The notes under the pieces are model-generated. The model did not search any database and was not told the origin of the DNA. It saw only the letters and a program-made list of their open reading frames with translations. Below are positions 30,052 to 42,525 of a stretch of 64,000 bases of DNA, piece by piece (position 1 is the first letter of the stretch; the number at the start of each line of letters is the position of its first letter). The position numbers and the translations under genes were made by a program. The DNA is from an uncultured Gammaproteobacteria bacterium (GTDB taxonomy: Bacteria > Patescibacteriota > Microgenomatia > Levybacterales > GWA1-39-11), in contig CAZXND010000002.1 of the NCBI GenBank assembly GCA_964641355.1, forward strand, positions 1,005 to 65,004, written 5' to 3'.

Positions 30052-30258
30052 ATGGAGTTCTCAATTACAGGAGGACTTGTTGTAGCTCTTGGAGGTTTAG
30101 CCCCATCACTAGCTATTGCAATAATCGGACTCAAGGCAATGGAAGCTATCGGAAGAAATCCTGAAGCATCGTCTAGAATTTTACCAGGAATGCTTCTTGG
30201 AATGGCATTTGCTGAAGCTATTGCTATTTATTCGCTAATTCTTGCTTTCCTTAAATAG
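30052..30258 (+). CDS. atpE: ATP synthase F0 subunit c
   Basis: IGRNPEA loop, catalytic Glu in FAEAIAIY; SD AAGGAGGTGA upstream. Confidence 0.96.
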   Translation: MEFSITGGLVVALGGLAPSLAIAIIGLKAMEAIGRNPEASSRILPGMLLGMAFAEAIAIYSLILAFLK

Positions 30259-30273
30259 TTCTAAGGTATTATT

Positions 30274-30783
30274 ATGGAAATTTTAAAAGAGTTTGGCTTT
30301 GATCCAGCCTTGTTCTTTGCTCAAATAGTAAATTTCTTGATCTTAGCTTTTATATTTAAAAGGTTTTTATACAAACCCATTCTTAAGGTTTTAAAAGATA
30401 GACAAGATAAGATCAAAAAAAGCATCGAGGACGCAGAAAATGCGAGAGTTTCGCTTGAGAATGCTAATTCTGAGCGAGACGAAATAATAAAGCGCGCTGG
30501 AAATGAAGCTGAAAAAATAATTGAAGAAACAAGAATCACGGCCTCAGAAATTAAAAACAAAATCCTTGAAGAGGCAAAAAGTGAATCAGATAAAATAATT
30601 AAAGACGCAAAAGAGCAAGCTAGGCTTGAAATGGAAAAAATGGAAGGTAAAGTAGGAGAAATGTCACTTAATCTTTCAGAGAAGATACTTGAAAAAGTCT
30701 TAGGAGGAGTATTCACTGAAAGCGAAAAGAAACAAATCCTAAGAAAGGGAGTAGAAAAAATTTCAAAGTTAAATGTCGACTAG
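30274..30783 (+). CDS. atpF: ATP synthase F0 subunit b
   Basis: QIVNFLIL..FLYKPI..L..RQ..I, followed by a coiled coil. Confidence 0.93.
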   Translation: MEILKEFGFDPALFFAQIVNFLILAFIFKRFLYKPILKVLKDRQDKIKKSIEDAENARVSLENANSERDEIIKRAGNEAEKIIEETRITASEIKNKILEEAKSESDKIIKDAKEQARLEMEKMEGKVGEMSLNLSEKILEKVLGGVFTESEKKQILRKGVEKISKLNVD

Positions 30784-30792
30784 CTAGTAAAA

Positions 30793-31143
30793 ATGAAAAA
30801 AAGAGAAATTAAAGAATTAGCAAAACTTTTGGTAGCAAATGATAAAATTGCACCAAAAACAGCTGAATACATTCTTAACAACCTAAGCAAAAAAGATCTT
30901 AAAGATCTACTCTTCTCCTTAAGAGTTGAAGGGCAAAAGAGAAGAGTTGTAATAAAAACAAGTGAGGAAATCGATGATAGCACCAAAATGCAACTTGAAG
31001 AAAGATTTGACGGGAGAGATATTGTTTGGGAGGAAGACGAAAATTTAGGCGGAGGAATTATCATAGAAGATGCAGATGATACAATGGATTTTAGCATGAG
31101 AAGTTTGATTAAAAAAACTGTTGATGAACTAAAAAGTAATTAA
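30793..31143 (+). CDS. atpH: ATP synthase F1 subunit delta (short form)
   Basis: Operon position; [10 protein letters not shown]...DFS resembles the OSCP C-terminus; only 116 aa. Confidence 0.8.
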   Translation: MKKREIKELAKLLVANDKIAPKTAEYILNNLSKKDLKDLLFSLRVEGQKRRVVIKTSEEIDDSTKMQLEERFDGRDIVWEEDENLGGGIIIEDADDTMDFSMRSLIKKTVDELKSN

Positions 31144-31153
31144 CATAATTAAA

Positions 31154-32662
31154 ATGAAACCAGAAGATTTAATTGCACAAATAGAAAAAAGGCTTAATGA
31201 AGTCAGCGTCTCTGCAGAGGTAACAAACAAAGGAGTGGTCGAAACTGTTGGGGACGGAATAGTAAAAGCAACAGGACTATCAAAGGCAGGATTCGGTGAA
31301 GAAGTAGAGTTTGAGGATGGAACCCGAGGTCTTGTACTTAACCTTGATGAGGACTATACATCAATAATTCTTCTTTCAGAAGGAAAAAACTTGAAAGAAG
31401 GAGACAAGGTTAAAACGACAGGAAGAATTTTAAGTGTGAAAGTAGGAGATTTCCTCTTAGGCAGAGTCGTAAACCCTCTTCTTGCCCCGCTTGATGGAAA
31501 AGCTTTAAATACAACCAAGGGAAAAGATTATCCTCTTGAAAAAATCGCCCCAGGAGTTGTGGAAAGAACTCCAGTATCAGAACCTATTAAAACCGGTATA
31601 AAAGCAGTTGATGGGATGATTCCAATCGGAAGAGGACAAAGAGAGCTTATCATTGGAGACAGAAGTACTGGAAAAACCGCTATAGCAATCGACACTATTA
31701 TAAACCAGAAAAAGCGCGATTTAGGTCTTAAACAAGTTATATGCATATACTGTGCAATTGGCCAAAAAAGAGGAAATATTGCACGTACCGTTGCTGTTCT
31801 TTCTGAAAAAGGTGCTATTGATTATTCTGTAGTTGTAGCAGCAAGTGCATCAGACCCAGCCTCACTTCAATACCTTGCTCCGTATACCGCAACAAGTATA
31901 GCAGAATACTTTATGGATGAAGGAAAAGATGTTCTGATAGTATATGACGATCTTTCTAAACACGCATGGGCATATCGCCAAATATCACTACTCTTAAGAC
32001 GTCCTGCAGGGCGTGAAGCATATCCAGGAGACGTATTTTACCTTCATTCAAGACTTCTTGAGCGTGCATCCAAACTAAAAAAGGGTGGGTCAATAACTGC
32101 TCTACCAATTATAGAAACACAAGCTGGAGATATTTCTGCCTATATTCCAACGAATGTTATTTCGATCACTGATGGACAAATTTTTCTTGAAACAGATCTT
32201 TTCAATTCAGGAATCAGACCAGCAATCAATATAGGACTTTCTGTTTCAAGAGTAGGAGGAGCAGCTCAAACAAAAGCAATGAAACAAGTAGGAGGGCCTT
32301 TAAAACTTGAACTGGCACAATTTAGAGAACTCGCAGCCTTTGCGCAATTTGGAGCAGATCTTGACGAAGCAACGCAAAAAAGCATTGAAAGAGGTAAAAG
32401 AGTTCTTGAGGTCATGAAACAACCACAGTATCAGCCTCTTGACGAAGCGTCAGAACTTATTGCTATTTTTGCAGCAACCTCAGGTGTTTTAGACGACCTA
32501 TCCGTTGAAAAGGTCGCAGAGTTTGAAGCAAAATCCGTTGACTACGTTAGAGTAAAAAACAAGAAGTTATTTGAAAAACTAGCTGCAGGTGAAAAAATGG
32601 ATGATAAAACAACGGAAGAACTTACAAAAACATTAGAAGAATTTAAAAAAACCTTAAAATAA
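31154..32662 (+). CDS. atpA: ATP synthase F1 subunit alpha
   Basis: [43 protein letters not shown]. Confidence 0.98.
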   Translation: MKPEDLIAQIEKRLNEVSVSAEVTNKGVVETVGDGIVKATGLSKAGFGEEVEFEDGTRGLVLNLDEDYTSIILLSEGKNLKEGDKVKTTGRILSVKVGDFLLGRVVNPLLAPLDGKALNTTKGKDYPLEKIAPGVVERTPVSEPIKTGIKAVDGMIPIGRGQRELIIGDRSTGKTAIAIDTIINQKKRDLGLKQVICIYCAIGQKRGNIARTVAVLSEKGAIDYSVVVAASASDPASLQYLAPYTATSIAEYFMDEGKDVLIVYDDLSKHAWAYRQISLLLRRPAGREAYPGDVFYLHSRLLERASKLKKGGSITALPIIETQAGDISAYIPTNVISITDGQIFLETDLFNSGIRPAINIGLSVSRVGGAAQTKAMKQVGGPLKLELAQFRELAAFAQFGADLDEATQKSIERGKRVLEVMKQPQYQPLDEASELIAIFAATSGVLDDLSVEKVAEFEAKSVDYVRVKNKKLFEKLAAGEKMDDKTTEELTKTLEEFKKTLK

Positions 32663-32664
32663 AT

Positions 32665-33516
32665 ATGGCACAAAATTTACTATCACTTAAAGCAAGAAGA
32701 AATACCGCACAAAACATCGCACAAATTGCAAAGGCAATGGAAATGATCGCTGCATCAAAAATTAAAAGAGCACAGAATACAGTTGAAACACATAAGCCCT
32801 ACGCTCAAAAAATATCAGAATTAACCTCTAGATTACTATCGAATGTCAACCGCAAAACCTACAAAAATGTTTATTTAGAAAGTAATTCTTCTGAAAAAAG
32901 ATTATTAATTCTTATAACACCAGACCGAGGACTTTGTGGCTCGCTAAACACAAATATAGCAAAAAAGTTTTTCGAAATAGAAAAAGAGAATACGCTAATA
33001 GTCACTCTTGGAAAAAGAGGAGAGAGAATTGCATCTAGACTTGGATTTGAGATAGTTGCATCTTTTCCTATGGGCACAAGACTCCCGGATTACTCTACTA
33101 CATATCAGCTTCTTAAAATTATAGAAGAATACTTTACTAGTGGAAAAGTCTCATCGGTTGACTTCCTTTTTCCTGAATTTGATTCCATCTTCTCTCAAAT
33201 TCCAAAAGTAGAACGACTTCTTCCACTCATCGCTCCTATGGAAAAAGAAGACATGGATACTATTTTTAAATTTGAACCAAATATAAAAACTATGCTTGAT
33301 GCATTAATTCCTCACCTTATAGAAATTAGAATTTTTGATACAATTGTACAATCCTATACATCTGAGCAAGCTGCCAGAATGATTGCGATGCAAAATGCGA
33401 AAAACAACGCCAGAGATGTTGCATCCTATCTTACTCTTTTGTATAACAAAAGCCGACAAGAAAAAATTACAAACGAACTTTTGGATATTTCAAATAGTCA
33501 AACCTTAAGTGCTTAA
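32665..33516 (+). CDS. atpG: ATP synthase F1 subunit gamma
   Basis: KAMEMIAASK, DRGLCGSLN, SEQAARMIAM, NKSRQEKITNEL. Confidence 0.96.
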   Translation: MAQNLLSLKARRNTAQNIAQIAKAMEMIAASKIKRAQNTVETHKPYAQKISELTSRLLSNVNRKTYKNVYLESNSSEKRLLILITPDRGLCGSLNTNIAKKFFEIEKENTLIVTLGKRGERIASRLGFEIVASFPMGTRLPDYSTTYQLLKIIEEYFTSGKVSSVDFLFPEFDSIFSQIPKVERLLPLIAPMEKEDMDTIFKFEPNIKTMLDALIPHLIEIRIFDTIVQSYTSEQAARMIAMQNAKNNARDVASYLTLLYNKSRQEKITNELLDISNSQTLSA

Positions 33517-34920
<1,404 letters not shown>

Positions 34921-34937
34921 CTTTGTTCTGACGTTTT

Positions 34938-35363
34938 ATGGACAAAATTTTGGCAGTAGAAATATCATCCCCAGAAGGTATAATCTTACGAGATACTGCA
35001 AGTGAAGTAGTTGTTCCCACCGATCAAGGTGAAACTGTTATTCTTCCCCTGCACACTCCTATCTATATCCAACTTAGCGAAGGGGAAGTAATCGTTAAGT
35101 CGGAAAAACAAGAGACATCGATTGCAATTACTGGAGGATTTTTAGAAGTTGAAAACAATAAGGTAACAATTCTATCAGACTATGCAATAAAATCAGAAAA
35201 GATTGAAAGGATGAGAGCTGAAGAAGCAAAAATGAGAGCTGAAGAAGCAATGAGGAACAGAGCAGAAAATGAAAATATGTACGAGGCTGAAAAAGACATG
35301 CGAAGAGCACTTTTGGAGTTAAAAGTAGCAGATAAAATTCGGAAGAAGCAAAAAACAATGTAG
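34938..35363 (+). CDS. atpC: ATP synthase F1 subunit epsilon
   Basis: EISSPEG, GETVILPLHTP, GGFLEV, C-terminal helices. Confidence 0.93.
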   Translation: MDKILAVEISSPEGIILRDTASEVVVPTDQGETVILPLHTPIYIQLSEGEVIVKSEKQETSIAITGGFLEVENNKVTILSDYAIKSEKIERMRAEEAKMRAEEAMRNRAENENMYEAEKDMRRALLELKVADKIRKKQKTM

Positions 35364-35367
35364 CATT

Positions 35368-36066
35368 ATGCCATACTCAAGACTCTCAAGACGAATAGAG
35401 AATAAGAGTAAAAAACAAACCTATTTTTTTTTAGGTGGGATATTAATTATTGTTGTTTTTCTTTTCAAGTTTGGAGTCCCCACGCTCGAAATACTTACCA
35501 ACGCTTTATCTAGAAATAAAGGAAACAACTTAAGTGTTGCAGGTAAAGAATTTTTAGAACCACCTTCATTAATAATTCCCGAAGCTACAAATAGTGCAAT
35601 CTTGATTGTTAATGGAACAGCACCAGATGATAGTGGAGAAATTGAAATTTATGTTAACTCTAACCTTGAAAACACAATGACATTGGACCAAATGGGATTT
35701 AATATGAAGGTTTCTTTAAAAAACGGCGATAATTCTATTAAAGCAAGATACGTAAAGGGAGACAAAAAGAGTGAGTTTAGCGAAGAATACCACGTAAGCT
35801 TTGTTAAAGGAGAACCCAAGCTAGAAATATCTAATCCACGCGATGGAGATCATTTCACAAAAGCTGATCAGCAAATTTTAGTTAGTGGAATTACTGATTC
35901 AGAAAACACTGTAACTGTAAATGGTTTTGTTGCAATAGTAGATACTAGCGGAAACTTCACTTATAATCTAAATCTTTCCGAAGGAGATAACGATATAAAA
36001 ATAGCAGCAACAAATCCTGCAGGTAATACCACAACTAAAACTATGAAAGTTAATTATTCCAAATAA
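35368..36066 (+). CDS. Membrane-anchored protein with two Ig-like beta domains
   Basis: One TM helix, then repeated motifs LKNGDNSIKA and LSEGDNDIKIAATNPAGN typical of bacterial Ig-like repeats. Confidence 0.75.
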   Translation: MPYSRLSRRIENKSKKQTYFFLGGILIIVVFLFKFGVPTLEILTNALSRNKGNNLSVAGKEFLEPPSLIIPEATNSAILIVNGTAPDDSGEIEIYVNSNLENTMTLDQMGFNMKVSLKNGDNSIKARYVKGDKKSEFSEEYHVSFVKGEPKLEISNPRDGDHFTKADQQILVSGITDSENTVTVNGFVAIVDTSGNFTYNLNLSEGDNDIKIAATNPAGNTTTKTMKVNYSK

Positions 36067-37269
36067 TTAGCTTTTATGATCAACATTCTCACTCGTTAGC
36101 AAACCAGACAATAAAAAAAGGAAACATGCTATAAATGGAAAAAAAATTGTATTTTCAAATAAACCTTGCACCAAAACAGCAGTAATTACTCCCAAAAATA
36201 ACCCCCTTCTCTCTCTATCGATATCTTCAAATACAGAGGTAATAAAAATTCTAACAAAATTAAAAAATAGCAAAGTTCCAAAGATACCCGAGGTTGCCAA
36301 AAGAAAAATATAACTATTTGCAACTCCTGCACCAGCATTTGAGCTCTTCCACTTTTTATCCGTTAAAAAACCGTATTTATTTTGTGCATACCTAAAAGAA
36401 TTAAAACCTGATCCAATTAAAGGGCTTTTATTAAAGACCCTTAAACCAGTTTTATAACTCTCACCTCTTGCAACTATAGAGGCCGTTCTAAGAACATTAA
36501 CCCCTTCACTTTTCAAGTCGTGAGGAACAATAAGTATTCCAAGCAAAACTACTACTAGAAAGGGGACTAGTATTTTTTTTCTACCTAAGTATATTAAGTA
36601 AACAATTCCTGAAATGATTAAAGCAGTATATGATGACCTAGAATAAGTTAAAAATATAGAAATCAAAGTAAGAAAAATAGCAAATAAATAAAAGAATTTC
36701 AGTTTTTCCTTAAATTTATTTAATAAGTATAAAAATAAGAATAGGGATAAAATCAAGAATGATCCAGTAAAATTAGGATCAAAAAAAGTTGAGAATAGTC
36801 TATATAAGTGTTCATCCCATCCTAAATAAGTCAAAGGTCTAAGATCAGAAAAGAAAAAATATTGAGACATACCAATTAAGACAAAAATAAAAGTCGATAA
36901 TGACAAATAAAGTAGACACTTTTTTTTAAAAGAGGAATCTAAAAAATAAGAAACATAAAACACTGAAAATATTGCAATGTATCTTATAAGGTAAGATAGT
37001 GAAATAAGAAATGTAAGAATATTTAACTTAAGAAGATTAATATTTACTACTAAAGAGATAAGTGAAAATAAACAAAAAAATGCAAAAGCAATAGTAGTTT
37101 TTAAATAAGCTATCTTTTTTGTTTTATATGATATAAAAATCGAATATGCAAAAATTAGTCCAAGTAATACATCAAGAGGATAGATGTAAACTGAGTCCAT
37201 GGGGTTTATTCGTACGATAGCCCCCAAGGGAAGAATTACTAGCAATAAAAGTAAAAAAAGCTTTAGCAT
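36067..37269 (-). CDS. O-antigen ligase/polymerase-like membrane protein
   Basis: RLFSTFFDPN, LTYSRSS, SPLIGSG, GIFG; many TM segments. Confidence 0.85.
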   Translation of the reverse strand: MLKLFLLLLLVILPLGAIVRINPMDSVYIYPLDVLLGLIFAYSIFISYKTKKIAYLKTTIAFAFFCLFSLISLVVNINLLKLNILTFLISLSYLIRYIAIFSVFYVSYFLDSSFKKKCLLYLSLSTFIFVLIGMSQYFFFSDLRPLTYLGWDEHLYRLFSTFFDPNFTGSFLILSLFLFLYLLNKFKEKLKFFYLFAIFLTLISIFLTYSRSSYTALIISGIVYLIYLGRKKILVPFLVVVLLGILIVPHDLKSEGVNVLRTASIVARGESYKTGLRVFNKSPLIGSGFNSFRYAQNKYGFLTDKKWKSSNAGAGVANSYIFLLATSGIFGTLLFFNFVRIFITSVFEDIDRERRGLFLGVITAVLVQGLFENTIFFPFIACFLFLLSGLLTSENVDHKS

Positions 37270-38816
37270 TACCTTATTTGATACAGTTTAGCATGGGTAA
37301 GATCGTTTTCATATATCTTTTGGTAATTTTTTAATTCAGAAGGAAATGCATCGCCGATAGTGAGTATATAGTTGAACCTGTCTTTTCTATTTGCGAATGA
37401 CTCGTGGGTGAATGGAAAATCAACATAATATAGATTGTGACCACCGAAAATCAATACCTTTTGATCATGCGTCAATTTTTTAATTATTCCACCCTGATCT
37501 AAAAAGTCTCCAAATTCGAAGTTTAAGTGCTTTTCAAGAAAGTCTTCTTGAGTTTCCTTACCTAAAACAACAGGAATAAATTTCAAATTAGCGACAGACC
37601 TATACCCTATCGAAATTAGAGAACATACAATCACCAATAAAATTAGATACTTGCTTAGAAGTCTGTTCTTAATTTTACTGAATGTTAGAACACAAAGTAC
37701 AGAAAAAACAGGCAAATAAGGAAGAATAAATCTTCCGCCACCGGTTCTCGGAGTCAGATACCAAATGACTAGTGCGCAAAGTGAGTACAACAATAATAAT
37801 TTTTCCTCTTTGCTAAAACTTCTTAATAGGTAAAAAGTGAGCGGAATAAATATTATATATATTGGAGAAATTGGATCTGCTGCATTCAGAAATAACGTAT
37901 AGAGTTCCTTTGGTAAATCTTGCAAAGATATAACTGGGCTTACCTCATAAATCGAAGAGAAAAATGGGTAAAAGGGATTTCCGGTCGATAAAAATGAATA
38001 AACAAAATAAGGTAATGGTATTAATAAAGAGAAGAAAACGAATTGTAAACAATCTATGATAGTTATCCTTATTTTCTTGCCATTTTTGTAGAAGATTAAG
38101 ACTAAAAATATAAATATTGATCCTATCACAAGAACCTTTGTCGCTATGGCAAAACCTAATGAAATAGCTGCAAAAATTAGATATTTATCTTTTTTGCTTT
38201 TCGAATAAAGAATAAATGCATAAATAGCCAAGACCTCGTAAAGGCTTCTTCCTAGATCTACATACGCAGTAATCGTTTCCCATCCGACAACTAAATTCGA
38301 GTAAAAAATTAATACAGCAAGTAGAGCAGGAGTTTTAGAAACAAACTGACGCGAAAACTTATAAATGGCTAATAAACATAATATTCCAAGAAAAAAATGA
38401 ATAATTTTGGCACCTGCTGCACCTAGCATCAAAATCCCCGGAATATATAGATTTTCGACAAGTTTAGACATAACAGAATAATAGTAAACCCCACCGGGGA
38501 TAAAAAATATTTTGGATTCTTGAATAAATATTTTAGGAAGAGTTAGATGGTACCAAAGAGAATCAAAAGATATTTCAGGTCCCAATACTCCAATAAAGTT
38601 AATTGCAGTTTGTATCAATATCAATGCGAGAATAAAAAAATCTAACTTTGACCCTAGTCTAAATTTAAATCTTTCTTTTCTCGTAAAAAAAGTGATCACT
38701 AACAAAAAATAAAACGCCGAAACAACTATAATTTGCAAAGTCTTCAACCACCCAAAAAGACCTAAAAAGTAAATAATATAAGAGTAAATTCCGATTGAAA
38801 TTGGTAGTATAAACAT
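37269..38816 (-). CDS. GT-C (ArnT/PMT-like) membrane glycosyltransferase
   Basis: FDSLWYHLTLPK, AYVD, TK, TGNPFYPF, RFILP. Confidence 0.78.
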   Translation of the reverse strand: MFILPISIGIYSYIIYFLGLFGWLKTLQIIVVSAFYFLLVITFFTRKERFKFRLGSKLDFFILALILIQTAINFIGVLGPEISFDSLWYHLTLPKIFIQESKIFFIPGGVYYYSVMSKLVENLYIPGILMLGAAGAKIIHFFLGILCLLAIYKFSRQFVSKTPALLAVLIFYSNLVVGWETITAYVDLGRSLYEVLAIYAFILYSKSKKDKYLIFAAISLGFAIATKVLVIGSIFIFLVLIFYKNGKKIRITIIDCLQFVFFSLLIPLPYFVYSFLSTGNPFYPFFSSIYEVSPVISLQDLPKELYTLFLNAADPISPIYIIFIPLTFYLLRSFSKEEKLLLLYSLCALVIWYLTPRTGGGRFILPYLPVFSVLCVLTFSKIKNRLLSKYLILLVIVCSLISIGYRSVANLKFIPVVLGKETQEDFLEKHLNFEFGDFLDQGGIIKKLTHDQKVLIFGGHNLYYVDFPFTHESFANRKDRFNYILTIGDAFPSELKNYQKIYENDLTHAKLYQIR

Positions 38817-40357
38817 TAAATATTAAGCTTAAATCTCTTACCCGTGCAGGTTTTTGCATAATAAATACTAACCGAACCTTCCCCATAAGGGTTCCTAAAT
38901 TCCTTTTCAAGTACAAAATATTTATCCAGTCCTACAAGCTCTCTATTTCGGGAGACGAAATAAACGGGAATATTAGTCTCAAAACAGTCATATTTTTCGA
39001 AAGGGACACTTTTCATTCTTGTATCTATGTAAAACACGCGAGTATTCGAATTCTTATTGAAGTAAACAATTACTGCGCTCTCCGGATTTCCTGTATTTAG
39101 ACCGATCCCTACTCCCAATCGCCCGCTCTTAGTTTTATCTTCAAGAGCCTTGATTGCCTGATTTGTCGCAAATCCTGATGTTCCAGAGCTTACATACTCT
39201 ACTCTTCCTAGGTCTCTTGATAAAAGATCCAAAATGTCGAAATATTTAACAGGGATAAATGTTTGGAGGATTGTAAAGCTCAAGGGAATTGAAAATAAGA
39301 TAAATCCAACAACCCATTCATTATATCTTTGCATAAGAGTAACAATCGCATAGGCTGGAAAAAGAGTCAACAAAGGAAGAAATGAAACCAAGTATCTAAC
39401 ATTTGCATTCCTAACTAGTAATATCTCAAGTAGTATTCCAGAAAAGATGAAAAATATAAGCAAGCTCTGTTTTTTTTTAAGAAGAACCAAACCATAGATA
39501 AGCGCAATAAACATTAGGGGAGTAAAGAAAATAAACAGAATCTCAAAGTTCTTGATTATATTTGTCACCCAAAACCAAATAGGAAAACGGAGAAGATCTG
39601 ATAATCCAAATGAATAACGGTTGTTTGTAGGCAATGTTTTCCAGAATAACGGTTGAATCAACAGGATAAAATCAATCGCTAAGAATGAAATTATCATAAT
39701 TAACAAATTATTAACTTTTATTTTTTTATTTTTTGTAGATAAATAGAAAAGCGATATTGCTGAAGAAAGGAAAAATATGAAAGCCGTTGATTTTATAAAA
39801 AATCCTATTCCCAAAACCAATCCTAGATAGACAAAATACTTTTTTTTCTCGCTTTGAAGTGCCTCGATAAAAAAGAAAAAAGACCAAATTCCAACTGCTC
39901 CAATCGAGGATTCCATTAATGCTTGCCTATCGTAGAATGAAAATATTGGGATGATTGAATATAGAATAAATGAAATTACACCCGTTTTTTTATCAAATAA
40001 TTTGCTTCCTACCTTATAAAGTCCAGTGGCGGCGGCAAACCCTACTACTACCGAGACAAGTCTTCCTGCAAAAAGTGGATCATAAAAAATCATTTCAGAA
40101 ATCCCAAACACCCACATTAAAAGTGGTTGCTTTGCATCATATAATGAATAAAATAAGAGTCCCGGTTCATGTAATTCACGCCACGCCCAATCAAGATATA
40201 TTGCTTCATCATTAAAAATGGGAAGAATGGTAATATTTACTAATCTCAAGCAGAAATAAAACACGCTTAACACAAACAGAGGGTGGTTTAGATACATTTT
40301 TAATTTATTCATAAACCATTTTTCCTTAGGAGATTTAGGAGATAAGTAAATAAACAA
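38816..40357 (-). CDS. GT-C (family 39-like) membrane glycosyltransferase
   Basis: PIFNDEAIY, DAKQPL, GRLVSV, DRQALME, RYL. Confidence 0.8.
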   Translation of the reverse strand: MFIYLSPKSPKEKWFMNKLKMYLNHPLFVLSVFYFCLRLVNITILPIFNDEAIYLDWAWRELHEPGLLFYSLYDAKQPLLMWVFGISEMIFYDPLFAGRLVSVVVGFAAATGLYKVGSKLFDKKTGVISFILYSIIPIFSFYDRQALMESSIGAVGIWSFFFFIEALQSEKKKYFVYLGLVLGIGFFIKSTAFIFFLSSAISLFYLSTKNKKIKVNNLLIMIISFLAIDFILLIQPLFWKTLPTNNRYSFGLSDLLRFPIWFWVTNIIKNFEILFIFFTPLMFIALIYGLVLLKKKQSLLIFFIFSGILLEILLVRNANVRYLVSFLPLLTLFPAYAIVTLMQRYNEWVVGFILFSIPLSFTILQTFIPVKYFDILDLLSRDLGRVEYVSSGTSGFATNQAIKALEDKTKSGRLGVGIGLNTGNPESAVIVYFNKNSNTRVFYIDTRMKSVPFEKYDCFETNIPVYFVSRNRELVGLDKYFVLEKEFRNPYGEGSVSIYYAKTCTGKRFKLNI

Positions 40358-40393
40358 AGTAAAGACCAGATAATAAAAATGATAACTATAAAT

Positions 40394-41158
40394 TTATCTT
40401 TCTTTATTTTCATTATTATAAATAAGATAAAGTTTTCCCCTTACAAGAAATGAATAGAGGCTCATAAACACAGACATAACGAATCCTTGAATTCCATCGA
40501 AAAATCCTAATTTAATAAAATAATTATAACTAAACTTTCCAATTGGAAAGGCAATTATTCCTAGCAGTCCTACCTTTATTCCTTGCTCATACAGTTCATT
40601 TGCTCTTAAAGTCGAATAATAATTAATCTCAGAAAGAAATTCACTAATTTGCGTATGTGAAGTGTGAAGAAGATCTCCTTGAATAAAAGCCACATTCTTT
40701 ATTTTCCAAATTTCATGAACCTTACCCGTCCATTCTCCTCTTCCCTTTCTCCCCAACCTTGTTAATCTAATATTTTTTGTTTCACCAAACTTTAGTTTTT
40801 TTCCACCAAAAATATCTACTCGCTTTATCTTGTATCCATCGTATTTTGAATCTGAATTAACAACTCTTCTAATATTTTCCTTCAGAGTAGAGCTTAATTC
40901 TTCATCTGCATCAAGGAATAAAATCCAATCTGTCTTGCATTTCTCAATGGCAAAGTTTCTTTGTGCAGAAAAATCATTATTGAGATCTCTCTCATATAAT
41001 TGAACCTTTTTTGATTTAAAGCTTTTTACTACTTCAACGGTATGATCTGAGGAATTATCATCAACTATAATTACATCTCCAAGATCTTTTACGCTTTCGA
41101 TACGATTAACTATGTTAGCTTCTTCGTTTTTTGTCAGAATAACAGTCGTTATATTCAT
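40394..41158 (-). CDS. GT2 glycosyltransferase (WaaE/KdtX-like)
   Basis: ILTKNEE, VDDNSSDHT, DFSAQRN, FLDADE, VHE. Confidence 0.9.
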   Translation of the reverse strand: MNITTVILTKNEEANIVNRIESVKDLGDVIIVDDNSSDHTVEVVKSFKSKKVQLYERDLNNDFSAQRNFAIEKCKTDWILFLDADEELSSTLKENIRRVVNSDSKYDGYKIKRVDIFGGKKLKFGETKNIRLTRLGRKGRGEWTGKVHEIWKIKNVAFIQGDLLHTSHTQISEFLSEINYYSTLRANELYEQGIKVGLLGIIAFPIGKFSYNYFIKLGFFDGIQGFVMSVFMSLYSFLVRGKLYLIYNNENKER

Positions 41159-42525
41159 CTTTTTTGCCGATATAAATATATTTTACCGTCTTTCTCTTCA
41201 ATTACAAACTCCAAATCTGCTTTTTTAGATAAATTCCCACCTAAATACCACGTCAAATAATCATAGTTATTTGTAAAGCTTGAGAATTCACTTCCCTCAC
41301 CCTTTCCTTTAAGTAAAAAAGTTGAATTATTTGCAGATTTTATTATTTTTTTTGAAATTCGAAGTCTATCTTTATAAAAGTTTTGATTAGTGCCTGAAAA
41401 ATAATTACTCGAGAGTAAGGAATAAATATTAACCGAAGAAATAATTAACGCGATGAATATTCCTAAATGTTTTTTTTTGATTGAATCAAGAAAAAGAGCT
41501 AATGAAATAATAACTATAGGAAAAAATATTGGCAAATATGCATCTGATGGCGTTTTGTTTATAGTAAACGCAATAAGCGGAATAAATATTGTGATAAACA
41601 ATGTTAAATCTTTTATGTTCTTCCTTTTTTTATAAATATAAAGTAAAGAGAACATTGAAGACAAAAACAAAAAAAGAGAAATTGGTAAGCTCAGAGGAAA
41701 TATTGTTTTTTTTAAAAAAAGTGAAAAAAAAGTCAGGAAATCAATCATAAAGTTACTAGAACTCCCTCCGAAGATCAATGATCTTAAGGGAGAAATAAAA
41801 ACCCATGCAGCGAATTTTAAGGTCTGATTGAATCCATGTGAAAAATCATAAATTATTACCGGAATTAAAGGAAAAACGAAGCAGGCAATACTACTTACAA
41901 ATAATTTCTTATTCATGTGACTTTTAATATACTTAAAATTTATAAAAACCACCGATGCAAAAACAAGCCAAAGAACTTGAGTTGCAAGCTCAAAGTTATA
42001 TAAGATCGAAAGAAATAAGATAACTAGTGGCACCGATTCAATTTTTTTCAAAGAAACTTTCACAAGAAAATAAAAGAACAAGAGAGTGAATAAGGGAATT
42101 AGACTCGTATGATACGGCATTCGAGATGAGAGAATTATATAAGGAGAGAAGGCATAAAGGATTGACGAAAAAATTGCCACTTTCTGAGAGTACAATTTTA
42201 GACTTATATAGTAAACCAAGACAACACAAATGGCGTCAAGAAAAGCAGAAAAGTAACCAGGGGCAAGTGGGTTAAATCCAAATAACGTAAAAATAACACT
42301 CAAAATATAGGTCCAAAATGGACCTTGATGAACCCAAACATGACTCGATGCAATTCCCACAAGAGGAATAGATTTTTCTAAAATAAAACTCCGCGCTGAT
42401 AAGTAAAACCATCCCTGATCTCCAATAAAATACATCAAGTCATTAATTTTATATATTCTCAAAAGAAATGAGGTGAAGAAAATCAATAAAATAAAAATAA
42501 CGGAGACTTTTTTCTTGGATATCAT
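41155..42525 (-). CDS. GT-C (ArnT/family 39-like) membrane glycosyltransferase
   Basis: FIGDQG, PLVG, GPFWTY; many TM segments. Confidence 0.78.
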   Translation of the reverse strand: MISKKKVSVIFILLIFFTSFLLRIYKINDLMYFIGDQGWFYLSARSFILEKSIPLVGIASSHVWVHQGPFWTYILSVIFTLFGFNPLAPGYFSAFLDAICVVLVYYISLKLYSQKVAIFSSILYAFSPYIILSSRMPYHTSLIPLFTLLFFYFLVKVSLKKIESVPLVILFLSILYNFELATQVLWLVFASVVFINFKYIKSHMNKKLFVSSIACFVFPLIPVIIYDFSHGFNQTLKFAAWVFISPLRSLIFGGSSSNFMIDFLTFFSLFLKKTIFPLSLPISLFLFLSSMFSLLYIYKKRKNIKDLTLFITIFIPLIAFTINKTPSDAYLPIFFPIVIISLALFLDSIKKKHLGIFIALIISSVNIYSLLSSNYFSGTNQNFYKDRLRISKKIIKSANNSTFLLKGKGEGSEFSSFTNNYDYLTWYLGGNLSKKADLEFVIEEKDGKIYLYRQKR

